Source: a virus. Taken from it: DNA of 64,000 nucleotides. The translations under genes and the position numbers were made by a program. Positions within the stretch are counted from its first letter, which is position 1, and the number at the start of each line of letters is the position of its first letter. The notes under the pieces were generated by a model. That model ran no database searches, was not told the DNA's origin, and saw only the letters and a program-made list of their open reading frames with translations. This document shows, in pieces, positions 27,833 through 36,485 of the stretch. The stretch is from positions 73,798 through 137,797 of the IMG/VR virus record IMGVR_UViG_3300027668_001405. The stretch is one strand, 5' to 3'.

Positions 27833-28353
27833 TATTCAGGAGCCAAAGCTTCTGAACTTAAAGTAGCCTGTTGCTCTACTCTATTTTTTGGTAGCAAGAT
27901 TACTGCGTTAGGTGTGTATATTGCACTGTTAGCACCATGCTCTGATACTTCAGCACTTTCCACCCAACAACGTCCATCTGTCTTTTTACGGATCAAGCTG
28001 TCTGCAAAATTAAATGCATGTTCTGCAAATTTCTCTGCACCAACTCCATCAAACAGTCTAATCTCTGCAAGGTTCAAAGCATCTAGTTCTTTAAACTTTT
28101 CAAGGTGTGGATCTGTTCTGTCTAAACATAGTTTATGATCGAAGTTATCTTCAAGCCACGCTTTCAACGGTTTTAGTCCGCCGAAGTCTACTGCCCAGTT
28201 ATTATTGTCCAAATGGCTAGCACCAAATGTAAATTTAAATGCTAGACTGTACCCATGTAGCAAATGACAATGTGAGTGATCTGCATTGGGTTGACGGAAT
28301 ACTGCACTTAGTCCAATATTGTGTCCGTATGTTTTTGTGCTTAAATAAGCCAT
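27832..28353 (-). CDS. queD: 6-carboxy-5,6,7,8-tetrahydropterin synthase (QueD/PTPS family)
   Basis: SHCHLLHGY, VDFGGLK..LEDNFDH, VSEHGANSAIY. Confidence 0.9.
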   Translation of the reverse strand: MAYLSTKTYGHNIGLSAVFRQPNADHSHCHLLHGYSLAFKFTFGASHLDNNNWAVDFGGLKPLKAWLEDNFDHKLCLDRTDPHLEKFKELDALNLAEIRLFDGVGAEKFAEHAFNFADSLIRKKTDGRCWVESAEVSEHGANSAIYTPNAVILLPKNRVEQQATLSSEALAPE

Positions 28354-28373
28354 AGTTATTCTCCATTAATAAT

Positions 28374-28415
28374 TGCGGCAGAGTATTTTACGAGGGATGA
28401 CGCAGTAAGGCCTCA
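28374..28415 (-). ncRNA. Candidate preQ1-I-like riboswitch
   Basis: UGAGG-loop(..CAUC)-CCUCG then UAAAAUA, in the cspA-queD gap, about 20 nt before the queD ATG. Resembles preQ1-I P1/L3 architecture. Confidence 0.45.
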
Positions 28416-28424
28416 GGTGTAAAT

Positions 28425-28631
28425 TTACGCTGTTTGTAAGTTTACTGCTGAAGAACCTCTTTGACCTTCTTCAACTTCAAACGACAGTTCGTCGCCTTCA
28501 TTTAATCCGTTCATTCCTGAACTTCTAACTGCTGAAGAATGTACAAATACATCCTTTTCTTTGTCGTGTCTTTCGATAAATCCGTAGCCTTTAGTAGCAT
28601 CGAACCATTTTACTTTTCCTGTTATTGTCAT
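28425..28631 (-). CDS. cspA: Cold-shock protein
   Basis: [15 protein letters not shown] (RNP1), DVFVHSSA (RNP2). Confidence 0.95.
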   Translation of the reverse strand: MTITGKVKWFDATKGYGFIERHDKEKDVFVHSSAVRSSGMNGLNEGDELSFEVEEGQRGSSAVNLQTA

Positions 28632-28689
28632 GTTTTCCTTAGTTTGTTAATTGTTGTTTTCTAACAGCAATGTTTATATTACTAATGTA

Positions 28690-28718
28690 ATTATACACTT
28701 ATTTGTGCTGTTTGTCAA
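28690..28718 (-). promoter_or_regulatory. Sigma70 promoter heading the cspA-queD-FeS unit
   Basis: TTGACA-N17-TATAAT. Confidence 0.88.
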
Positions 28719-29442
28719 GAGCATATCTTACGTGTTGGCGAATTACATTATTTGGGGTTGCATCACGTTTGTGCAAGACCTTATAATTGTTATATATAAG
28801 TAATTCGTTTGGTTTCCAGTGATGTGTATACATATGCTCTTGTTTATATACTGCTTCTTTCAACTGTTCTTCCAAATCTGTTTCAGTGTATGCTTCACTA
28901 TAAAAGTAAAATGGGCCATAATCATCTTCCCATACTAGATCGTGTGTCGCTCTGTTTTTCCGTCTCCAAGCTCTTTCTTGTAAGTCGCTTTTAAATGTAT
29001 ACGGATATTCTTTTTGTGTCATATACTTTGTAATGCTATTTAAGCATTTAACGCCTTTAGCTGACGCTTTTAAAGCGTCTGTGCTTGCGTTGTACACACT
29101 TTGCATGTCTAAGTAGTGTGTTGGGCTACTGCCTTTATCAGCTTTAATACAGTACAATCCTACAAATGGGTGTATATCTTTGCTGTATGCACGATCGTGA
29201 TGCCATAGCATATCGTCTGCATGATTTAGCTTTTCGCCTTCTTCGTCTTCAATGCCTATTGTTACTTCTTTTCTGCCATACATATCTTGATTGAGTAAAT
29301 TACCAAATAATTCAATAGTTCCTCTACCTGCGTTTTGAACGCATATGATGCCGTATGCTCCATTGTGAAAATCTTTCACTAATTCAGGAGTAATCCAATC
29401 TACGTCGACTTCGTGTTTAAATTTATATTTTTCTGTAGTCAT
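28699..29442 (-). CDS. TauD/TfdA-family 2OG-Fe(II) dioxygenase
   Basis: LWHHDRAY (HxD), HHWKPNELLIYNNYKVLHKR. Confidence 0.85.
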   Translation of the reverse strand: MTTEKYKFKHEVDVDWITPELVKDFHNGAYGIICVQNAGRGTIELFGNLLNQDMYGRKEVTIGIEDEEGEKLNHADDMLWHHDRAYSKDIHPFVGLYCIKADKGSSPTHYLDMQSVYNASTDALKASAKGVKCLNSITKYMTQKEYPYTFKSDLQERAWRRKNRATHDLVWEDDYGPFYFYSEAYTETDLEEQLKEAVYKQEHMYTHHWKPNELLIYNNYKVLHKRDATPNNVIRQHVRYALDKQHK

Positions 29443-29986
29443 TTGTTAACGGATTTTCACCCCTCCATATAATATGTTGCCAGCATTCGTCACCTTCACC
29501 TGGTGCAGTTTGCCACTCATAATCTTCTAAGACCCAATCCTTGTGTCTACAATTATAATTTAACCCTCTGTGCAAATTACGCATTACTTTATGATTACCA
29601 TGTTCTCTGCTTACAAAGTGTTTAGTTAAGCCGTTAGCAATTGCAAATTCAACTTGTTGATCTGCATGTTCTGCTGTAAATGTGCTTAATCCTTTAACAT
29701 GGTATTTGTGTATACGCAATCCTTTTTGTGCTACGTTTAATTTCTTGCTAGTGTAGTACCTACTAAGTACTCTAACACCACCATTATAAAAATCTCTTGT
29801 TCTAGCTACACTACCTGCAATTGGATCACCATCATCGTCCCATGTTACACTATAGCATAAGTTTTCGTCACTGCTTAAACTTTCTATATCGTAATTATGA
29901 GGCAATCTATTCAAAGGATCTTTTAGCGACTCTTCAAATAGTGCTATAAGTTCCAATGGTATCCAATCTGTAGTTTCTGTGTGCAT
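29423..29986 (-). CDS. GNAT-fold-like hypothetical protein
   Basis: Beta-strand pattern GDPIAGS..RVLSRYY..QQVEFA..HFVSRE; the fold call is tentative. Confidence 0.45.
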   Translation of the reverse strand: MHTETTDWIPLELIALFEESLKDPLNRLPHNYDIESLSSDENLCYSVTWDDDGDPIAGSVARTRDFYNGGVRVLSRYYTSKKLNVAQKGLRIHKYHVKGLSTFTAEHADQQVEFAIANGLTKHFVSREHGNHKVMRNLHRGLNYNCRHKDWVLEDYEWQTAPGEGDECWQHIIWRGENPLTNDYRKI

Positions 29987-30936
29987 TAGCTTTCTTTAAG
30001 AGTTTTGTAATTAAATGCAATACGGTAAAGTAACCGATCACCTTTAACTGCATTACGTGCATGGTAACTCATAAACTGATCGTTAATGATTAAGTCACCT
30101 GTTTTCCAATGATGATGATACATATACTGTGGCTGGAATAAGTGTTTATGCAAAGCGTCTAATAATGGCTTTGCTTCTTCCAATGTAATCTCTTCTTTGG
30201 TTTCTTTGTTCCTAAGTTTACGCATAACACCAAAGTGTCCTGTGTAAATTGCTTTAGGACTATTCTCTTGATCCCACCAGCCAGGAATAGTTCTAAAAGG
30301 ATGTTGAACAATTAATGGTTTCCAACTACCTCTTACTGGATTGAGCTCCTTGTCACCTTTACGTCCTGTACTTTTTAAGTTACCTTCAAATATTGCTAGT
30401 AACTCGTCCATGCCTTTATTTAAATTCTCATCATCAAATTGATATATGCTATTATCTTTGTCGAACTGTGCCCAATACTCGTACTTGTCCGCTGCTTCTT
30501 TTAAGTCCTGTGGTAAATCTACATATGCTTGATGACTATTTAAATAACTAGTTACAACTTGCTCTCCGGGCTTAACACAATAGAACGCAATGCAAGATTC
30601 CCTTACATGTTTCCAATGACGCCAGTTTCCATTGTTATGCCAACCTAATTCACTTTCGGGAAATAAGCCAACAAACTTTCCATCTTCATCTTTTTCATTT
30701 GTTACTCTACTTATGCCAGGATAGTCTTTGTGTTCAAAGTAAACATCAAAACCGGCTTTGCGTGGACTGTACAATGTGCCAATACTTGTTGCACCTGCTA
30801 GCAGTTCTTCTTCATTGAGATTGGCACCTGGAATATACGCAATAATATCCTTTGGTTGGTTACGAATAACCTCATGCCAGTTCTCTGGATCTCTCATATC
30901 TAAATTATATTCTGTCGCTGTAAACTTATAGTCCAT
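29986..30936 (-). CDS. TauD/TfdA-family protein with variant metal motif
   Basis: LGWHNNG (HxN instead of HxD), HHHWKTGDLIINDQFMSYHAR. Confidence 0.8.
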   Translation of the reverse strand: MDYKFTATEYNLDMRDPENWHEVIRNQPKDIIAYIPGANLNEEELLAGATSIGTLYSPRKAGFDVYFEHKDYPGISRVTNEKDEDGKFVGLFPESELGWHNNGNWRHWKHVRESCIAFYCVKPGEQVVTSYLNSHQAYVDLPQDLKEAADKYEYWAQFDKDNSIYQFDDENLNKGMDELLAIFEGNLKSTGRKGDKELNPVRGSWKPLIVQHPFRTIPGWWDQENSPKAIYTGHFGVMRKLRNKETKEEITLEEAKPLLDALHKHLFQPQYMYHHHWKTGDLIINDQFMSYHARNAVKGDRLLYRIAFNYKTLKES

Positions 30937-30939
30937 TCT

Positions 30940-31665
30940 TTACCTCTTAATTAATCTTATAAACCAAGCACCCGGGTCTAATTGCCAGAAGTGCTTTCCT
31001 ATTTTCCAATTCCTGGAGTCTTCATGATGGTTTTTATGCCACCCTTCACCACCTGTTAAAATATTAGCAATCCAACTATTCTTAGGTTTGCCTGATTCCG
31101 TATGTGGTATTAAATTGACAAGGCCGTAGCCGTGAAATGCTAACACTACTGGCATACAAAATCCAAACAAGAATAATGTAGGACTCATTACTAGTAATAC
31201 TAGCATTAAACCTAAAATTAATGTAAAGTAGTGAGTGTGAAAAAACTTTATACAAGGTGTATTTAAACCTTTAATCATTTTTCTTTCGATAGTTACGTCA
31301 TTGCCCCATTGACTAGTATAAACTTTAAAGAATCCTTTGAGTGTAGGACTATGTGGATCCTTATGTGTATCAGTGTATGCATGATGCATTCTATGTGTAG
31401 CCGCCCAAGTCAACACTGGACCTGGATTTGCAAACAATCCAATAATTTGAGCATACCACTCATACCATGGACCTGTTTCAAACGACCTGTGACTAAAGTA
31501 TCTGTGATATCCAGAACTTATAGCCGAAGCCGCTATCCACTGCCACCATAAAAAACTACATACAAACATCCATAACTCACCAACTATAATAGCTGGTATA
31601 ATCATAATGTGACATAACGCATGTATTGAAAGAAGTTTGCTAGTTACTGAAACTTTTTTGAACAT
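30940..31665 (-). CDS. Membrane fatty-acid desaturase (delta-9-like)
   Basis: Three His boxes: YHRYFSH, THRMHH, WHKNHH; TM segments present. Confidence 0.92.
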   Translation of the reverse strand: MFKKVSVTSKLLSIHALCHIMIIPAIIVGELWMFVCSFLWWQWIAASAISSGYHRYFSHRSFETGPWYEWYAQIIGLFANPGPVLTWAATHRMHHAYTDTHKDPHSPTLKGFFKVYTSQWGNDVTIERKMIKGLNTPCIKFFHTHYFTLILGLMLVLLVMSPTLFLFGFCMPVVLAFHGYGLVNLIPHTESGKPKNSWIANILTGGEGWHKNHHEDSRNWKIGKHFWQLDPGAWFIRLIKR

Positions 31666-31680
31666 GCTTTACCCTTCAAA

Positions 31681-31953
31681 TTACGTAGTTACTGTAGAGT
31701 CTACTGTAGTAGTGTATGCCGCGGCTGCAATTTCATCTGCGTGTGCAGTAGTAAATGCATCACTTGTTGATTCATCAGGGAATGTAAGAACGACAACAAC
31801 GCCTGTTCCTGCTTCCGTTACATCCATAGTACCGTTTGTTACATATTCTGTGTTGTAAACACCACATTTACCGTGCTCGGCTATCCATTCAGCAGCAGTT
31901 GCATAGGTATTACTATTCTCTGTTACTAGGGTAGCTGTTTTAACATAAGCCAT
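31681..31953 (-). CDS. Small Thr/Ala-rich protein, probably late or structural
   Basis: 20 Thr in 90 aa, AGGAG SD, own upstream GATAAATA. Confidence 0.7.
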   Translation of the reverse strand: MAYVKTATLVTENSNTYATAAEWIAEHGKCGVYNTEYVTNGTMDVTEAGTGVVVVLTFPDESTSDAFTTAHADEIAAAAYTTTVDSTVTT

Positions 31954-32003
31954 ATTTAATCTCCTTTATACACCTTCTAGTGTATTATACTGTTATATTA
32001 CAT

Positions 32004-32011
32004 TATTTATC
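32004..32011 (-). promoter_or_regulatory. Putative late promoter (GATAAATA)
   Basis: In the divergent intergenic region, upstream of ATG 31953. Confidence 0.55.
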
Positions 32012-32030
32012 ATCTTTTGTCAACTAGATA

Positions 32031-32058
32031 TTGACAGATAAATAAAGTAGTATATAAT
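32031..32058 (+). promoter_or_regulatory. Sigma70 promoter with nested late motif
   Basis: TTGACA-N16-TATAAT, with GATAAATA at 32037-32044 inside the spacer. Confidence 0.7.
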
Positions 32059-32064
32059 AAAGTT

Positions 32065-32577
32065 ATGATAATAAAAGAAAATCCAGGCAAAAGAGACATA
32101 GAGTTCTTCGGTTACATATGTGAAGACATGGGTTACATGAATAATGCTAGTCTCGAAGCTATGAAATATGAGTGGTGTTTACAACACGAAGGCATGTGGT
32201 GGGCGGCCTATAGTGACAATGTGATTGTTTCTATGGCAGGATGTCATAAGTTTCATGATGGACATAGAATGATGTTCAGAGGTGTACAAAGCATGGTAGC
32301 TCAAGGTGGATTAGGTAAAAGTCATATGACAAGTATCCCATGGAAGTGGATACTGCCAAAACAATTAGAATGGGCACAGAGCTCGGATACACAACCTGCA
32401 TACATAACAACAAATGTTGAAAATGATGCAAGTGGCAAAATGAATAGAACAGATAGATTGTTTCATTTGTTAGCTAAACAAGGAATCGTTGATCATTACA
32501 CTGAAGAAGAGATTTACGGAACACTTCAATCAGTATGGAAACTCAACATTAGGAAATATTATGAAACATTGGTTTGA
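32065..32577 (+). CDS. GNAT-fold-like hypothetical protein
   Basis: WWAAYSDNVIVSMAGCH..RMMFRG..KQLEWA..AYITTN; tentative. Confidence 0.5.
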   Translation: MIIKENPGKRDIEFFGYICEDMGYMNNASLEAMKYEWCLQHEGMWWAAYSDNVIVSMAGCHKFHDGHRMMFRGVQSMVAQGGLGKSHMTSIPWKWILPKQLEWAQSSDTQPAYITTNVENDASGKMNRTDRLFHLLAKQGIVDHYTEEEIYGTLQSVWKLNIRKYYETLV

Positions 32578-32851
32578 TTGGAAACATTTAAGAATAGCAG
32601 AATACTTAAACAGCGATAAAAGAGACAATTTTATTGTATTGTATTTTAAACATATGTGGGTAGGATTTAGAGAAGCAGGTAAGCAATTGCTTATGTGTTT
32701 TGCAAGTATTATACATGCAATCTTTCCACCATTGTTTAATTTTAAATTATTAGAAATAGTAATTAACCAAGCAATAGGATTGCATAAGTTTTTACCACAA
32801 CATCCTGACTGGAAAAAATTAAAAGATGAACTTAACAAAGATAATAAGTAA
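32561..32851 (+). CDS. Small membrane-associated hypothetical protein
   Basis: KHL..YFKHM..ASIIHAIFPPLF; AGGA SD before ATG 32561. Confidence 0.6.
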   Translation: MKHWFDWKHLRIAEYLNSDKRDNFIVLYFKHMWVGFREAGKQLLMCFASIIHAIFPPLFNFKLLEIVINQAIGLHKFLPQHPDWKKLKDELNKDNK

Positions 32852-33503
32852 CGGTACAACAATACGTACAAGTGGAACTACAGGTCCTAGTAAGCCTATA
32901 TGGCAAAGTCCTGAGAAATTAGAGCATGCAAATAAAGCCGCAATAAAATGTCAGGGTATTACTGCTACTAGTAAAGTTCTTACAGTGTGTTCGTTAGATC
33001 ACGCAGGTGGTTTACTAGCTCAAACACTGCCAGCAATAAGTGTTGGTGCTCCTGTAACTATAACACCGTTTAATGCATTTAAATGGATTAGCGAAATTAC
33101 AAAGTTTACACACAGTCACTTAACACCTAATATGGCAAGGGCTGTTATGGGTACTAAGACATTTAAAACAATAGACATGACAGGTATTGTTATTATGTGT
33201 GGCAGTGATAGAGTACAGTCAGATATTATACAAGCATTCATTAACAAGGGTGCTACGTTTATTGTAAATTGGGGCATGAGTGAAGTAGGTCCTGTAGCTA
33301 TAAACAAAACATACAAGCCAGGTGATGAAGTGTTACACACAGATATCATTATGGGTGATACTACTTACTGTGAAACTAAAATTATAGATAACGAACTGTA
33401 TGTATACGGTGAAATTAGTGTTTATGATGATTGGTTTGCAACAGGTGATTTAGTAGAATACAAAGACGGTAGTTTTTGGTACTTAGGGAGAAAACATGCG
33501 TAA
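32826..33503 (+). CDS. Minimal adenylate-forming (ANL/AMP-binding) enzyme
   Basis: RTSGTTGPSK P-loop at the very N-terminus, WGMSE (YGxTE), FATGDL, YLGRK at the C-terminus. Confidence 0.82.
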   Translation: MNLTKIISNGTTIRTSGTTGPSKPIWQSPEKLEHANKAAIKCQGITATSKVLTVCSLDHAGGLLAQTLPAISVGAPVTITPFNAFKWISEITKFTHSHLTPNMARAVMGTKTFKTIDMTGIVIMCGSDRVQSDIIQAFINKGATFIVNWGMSEVGPVAINKTYKPGDEVLHTDIIMGDTTYCETKIIDNELYVYGEISVYDDWFATGDLVEYKDGSFWYLGRKHA

Positions 33504-34251
33504 ATTAAAAAACAAACATGTGTTCATAAGCTTCGAACAAGGTGCAAGTGGACATAAGCTAGCTAGAGTATTAGCTACTATGCCGTGTATGCATTGGTAT
33601 AGCTGTGAAGAAAATGGGATAAACCCATGGAACGTTTCTAAACCAAATAGTTACAGTGGACAACGACAACAAAGTAAATATCACTTTGATAGGATTACAC
33701 CAAAGGGTAAACTTCCACCCACACATGACTATGTAGAGAAGTATCTACCTAATGAAAAAGCGTACTATAAAATATTTGACGAAGTGTTTGAAAAGAATGG
33801 TGGAGCAGATATTATAAATGATGGCAAGAGAGTACTGTATCCAACTCATAGCATGCCAAGTAAGCTATTAGAATATTTTCCCAATAGCTTAATCATTAAT
33901 ATTGTGCATGATGCAGATATAACTACAGACAGATACATGGATATTGTTACTAAGTTTCCAGGCTACGTTAAGCATTATGGCATTGTGCCGCCTGATAATG
34001 AATACTTAAAGTTTTTAGAGATTCTACATGGTAGAAAATCAGACTTAACAATAGCAGATATTTGGGCTTTTGAACGTAAGAAGAAATTTTACTCAGAAGT
34101 ATACGAAGATAAACTACGTAAAGAAGTTTATGCTAGAATGTTTTCAAATAGAGTTTTTAGAAATGCAGTTGATCACCCGAACGTGTTCAGCACTACAACA
34201 AAATTTGATTACAAAGGAATAAAGGAATGGTTAAATGAGCGACTACAATAA
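33496..34251 (+). CDS. Sulfotransferase/P-loop-like hypothetical protein
   Basis: FEQGASGHKLARVL resembles a degenerate PAPS/P-loop start. Confidence 0.4.
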   Translation: MRKLKNKHVFISFEQGASGHKLARVLATMPCMHWYSCEENGINPWNVSKPNSYSGQRQQSKYHFDRITPKGKLPPTHDYVEKYLPNEKAYYKIFDEVFEKNGGADIINDGKRVLYPTHSMPSKLLEYFPNSLIINIVHDADITTDRYMDIVTKFPGYVKHYGIVPPDNEYLKFLEILHGRKSDLTIADIWAFERKKKFYSEVYEDKLRKEVYARMFSNRVFRNAVDHPNVFSTTTKFDYKGIKEWLNERLQ

Positions 34252-34981
34252 CGTGACGTATATGAGCGACCACGCACCAGACTTTAGTAATGTAATTTTT
34301 GTTACAGGTGCTCCTGGTAGTAAATGGAGTGCAGTAAGTTGGGTACTAAGTGAGTCACCAATGTTAGATGTTAGTACAAGTGATAGAACTGACAAACGTC
34401 TTATGGTGCATGATGCAATATATGGTGGAGTAAGACACACAGGTGTTTACTTTGGCCCAGGAAATGAACTAGGAAAAAACTTTGACAATATTGACACGTT
34501 GTCTAGACGAGCAGTTCATAAAGAAATTAAGAAGGCGTGGAAAGAGTGGGATATGAACAAGCATTATATTGTACGTTGCCATCAATTCATATATAATTGG
34601 GATCATATGATTAAAACATTTCCCGAAGCTAAGTTTGTAACTGTTACAAGGCCTCCAGAAAGTTGTGTAGCAGGCTGGACAAGTGTTGGTGGTATTGATA
34701 CACCTTATCCACACTACAAAGAATTCTATAAAACACAAGAAAATGCAATCAAGCAAATTAAACTAGAATCAAAATTAGCACATAAGGCATTTCATGAACA
34801 TTCAATGGATGTACATGTAGCAAGCCGTGGTCATTTTTATCAGGATTTTTTACTAGACCCAGAAGAAGAGTCTGGTTTAGACAAATACATTAAACATTTA
34901 GAGGGGTATCAATGGACTAACACCGGAGATCCACTTATGAATCTAAAACATGATGTTCTGATCGGTTACCTAAATTTCTAG
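34235..34981 (+). CDS. Sulfotransferase-like protein
   Basis: IFVTGAPGSKWS 5'-PSB-like loop; FPEAKFVTVTRPP 3'-PB-like motif. Confidence 0.6.
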   Translation: MSDYNNVTYMSDHAPDFSNVIFVTGAPGSKWSAVSWVLSESPMLDVSTSDRTDKRLMVHDAIYGGVRHTGVYFGPGNELGKNFDNIDTLSRRAVHKEIKKAWKEWDMNKHYIVRCHQFIYNWDHMIKTFPEAKFVTVTRPPESCVAGWTSVGGIDTPYPHYKEFYKTQENAIKQIKLESKLAHKAFHEHSMDVHVASRGHFYQDFLLDPEEESGLDKYIKHLEGYQWTNTGDPLMNLKHDVLIGYLNF

Positions 34982-35786
34982 TAACCTCTGTTACTTTACC
35001 TTTTGCATTAAACTCAAATTGAGTATTGCCAATTTGTATATGGCCGTGCTGTAAATCTTGCCATGCATCAATTGCATAACTTCTCCAATTCGCTTTATAC
35101 TGTAAAAATTCATTACCTTCACTGAACCTCATAAAGTTCCAAGGCTTATCTGTTTTTACATGATCCCAATTCCACTCTGAATCCATTGTTCTTGTTTTTA
35201 TTTCTTCTACTTCTAATTTAGGGAATGCAGGATATGTGTCAACATGCATAGTAATTGGTCGTGTCATTGAGGGAGTTGTAAATTCTTTTGGTATACTCGT
35301 ACCAATGTCACTTGTTATACGAAAACTTTCACCCGGTGGTGCAAAACCCGGTTCGTCAAAGTGAGTGTAAATACATTTTATAGTTTGAAACCCACATAAC
35401 CATAAAGCCATAAGTCTTCCACTGCCTGGATGTACTCTATATCTATTATGCCAAGGCTCATGCACTATTTGTGGATAGAATATTAATTGATCGTATTGTA
35501 TAAGCTCTGCAAGATAGAATATTTTACTAACATCTTCCAGTATTTCTCTATATGGCATTTCATTGTTGGTTATTTTTTCTTCTTGAAATGCTAGTACGTG
35601 TTCAATAGGTAATTGTCTATATTCTTCTAGCTTAGAAACTAGATCTTTCATTGGCGAATGTAGTAAATCCCAACCAACATAACTAGACGCTATATAACCA
35701 CCCATCTTTTCGTGATGTGTTAGCCAGTGTTTAAACATGTAATGGCTTGCAAATTCTTTTAAATGCTCGTAATGTTCTACAGGCAC
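34935..35786 (-). CDS. Hypothetical protein
   Basis: 283-aa ORF; YRVHPGSGR recalls ParB-like DGxxR but is weak. Confidence 0.6.
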   Translation of the reverse strand: MPVEHYEHLKEFASHYMFKHWLTHHEKMGGYIASSYVGWDLLHSPMKDLVSKLEEYRQLPIEHVLAFQEEKITNNEMPYREILEDVSKIFYLAELIQYDQLIFYPQIVHEPWHNRYRVHPGSGRLMALWLCGFQTIKCIYTHFDEPGFAPPGESFRITSDIGTSIPKEFTTPSMTRPITMHVDTYPAFPKLEVEEIKTRTMDSEWNWDHVKTDKPWNFMRFSEGNEFLQYKANWRSYAIDAWQDLQHGHIQIGNTQFEFNAKGKVTEVTRNLGNRSEHHVLDS

Positions 35787-36481
35787 AACATACCAGCCAT
35801 ATTGGTATGCCAGTCGTGTCCAGGATGATCGTTATCACGTGCTAACGGATAATCGTCTTTAGGTAATTGACTAATGTGTGTTTGTTTTAGTTCAATATCG
35901 TTAGCTACACAATAAGAAGTTAGTAACATTTTATTCTTTTTGTAGTTATAGTCGTCTGCTTTGCTATTCATTAATGATGCATAACCACTTATCCATGTAG
36001 GTGATTTCATCTCTGCTTTTATAGCTTCATCTGATAGATTTTTAAATTTGTCTAGTCCGCCTTTTGCACTAATGTATTCTCTGCGTTCTTTAAACGTCCA
36101 TAATACATGTATAACGGTCGGTTTAAACGTCTTACAATATGCAATTGCAAGCCTTGCTATTAGATCGTTGCTAGCACCGTTTATACCGCAATTTACAGCG
36201 TCTAGCATGCCAGGCCAGTGTATGTTTACTCCATATCCAAACGTATAACTACACCCAAATGCTGCCGATGCTCCCATTGCAGGAACCATTCTACCTCGAT
36301 AGCGCCAGTCATTAATAAAGTAGTCTACACTCTGTGGTTTCCAGCCCTGTGCTACGCCCTGATCCTTCTCATTTTGATCTAGCCAAATACGCATTCCTGG
36401 CCTTTCGTGTCCTAACGTAAAAACACTGAACCAATCTGATTCAGTGTGTTTTGCTTCCATAAAGTCTGTATGTTTGATCAT
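35777..36481 (-). CDS. SGNH-hydrolase-like protein
   Basis: AFGCSYTFG, NCGINGASND, RDNDHPG. Start moved to ATG 36481 to avoid overlap. Confidence 0.6.
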   Translation of the reverse strand: MIKHTDFMEAKHTESDWFSVFTLGHERPGMRIWLDQNEKDQGVAQGWKPQSVDYFINDWRYRGRMVPAMGASAAFGCSYTFGYGVNIHWPGMLDAVNCGINGASNDLIARLAIAYCKTFKPTVIHVLWTFKERREYISAKGGLDKFKNLSDEAIKAEMKSPTWISGYASLMNSKADDYNYKKNKMLLTSYCVANDIELKQTHISQLPKDDYPLARDNDHPGHDWHTNMAGMLCL

Positions 36482-36485
36482 TAAC

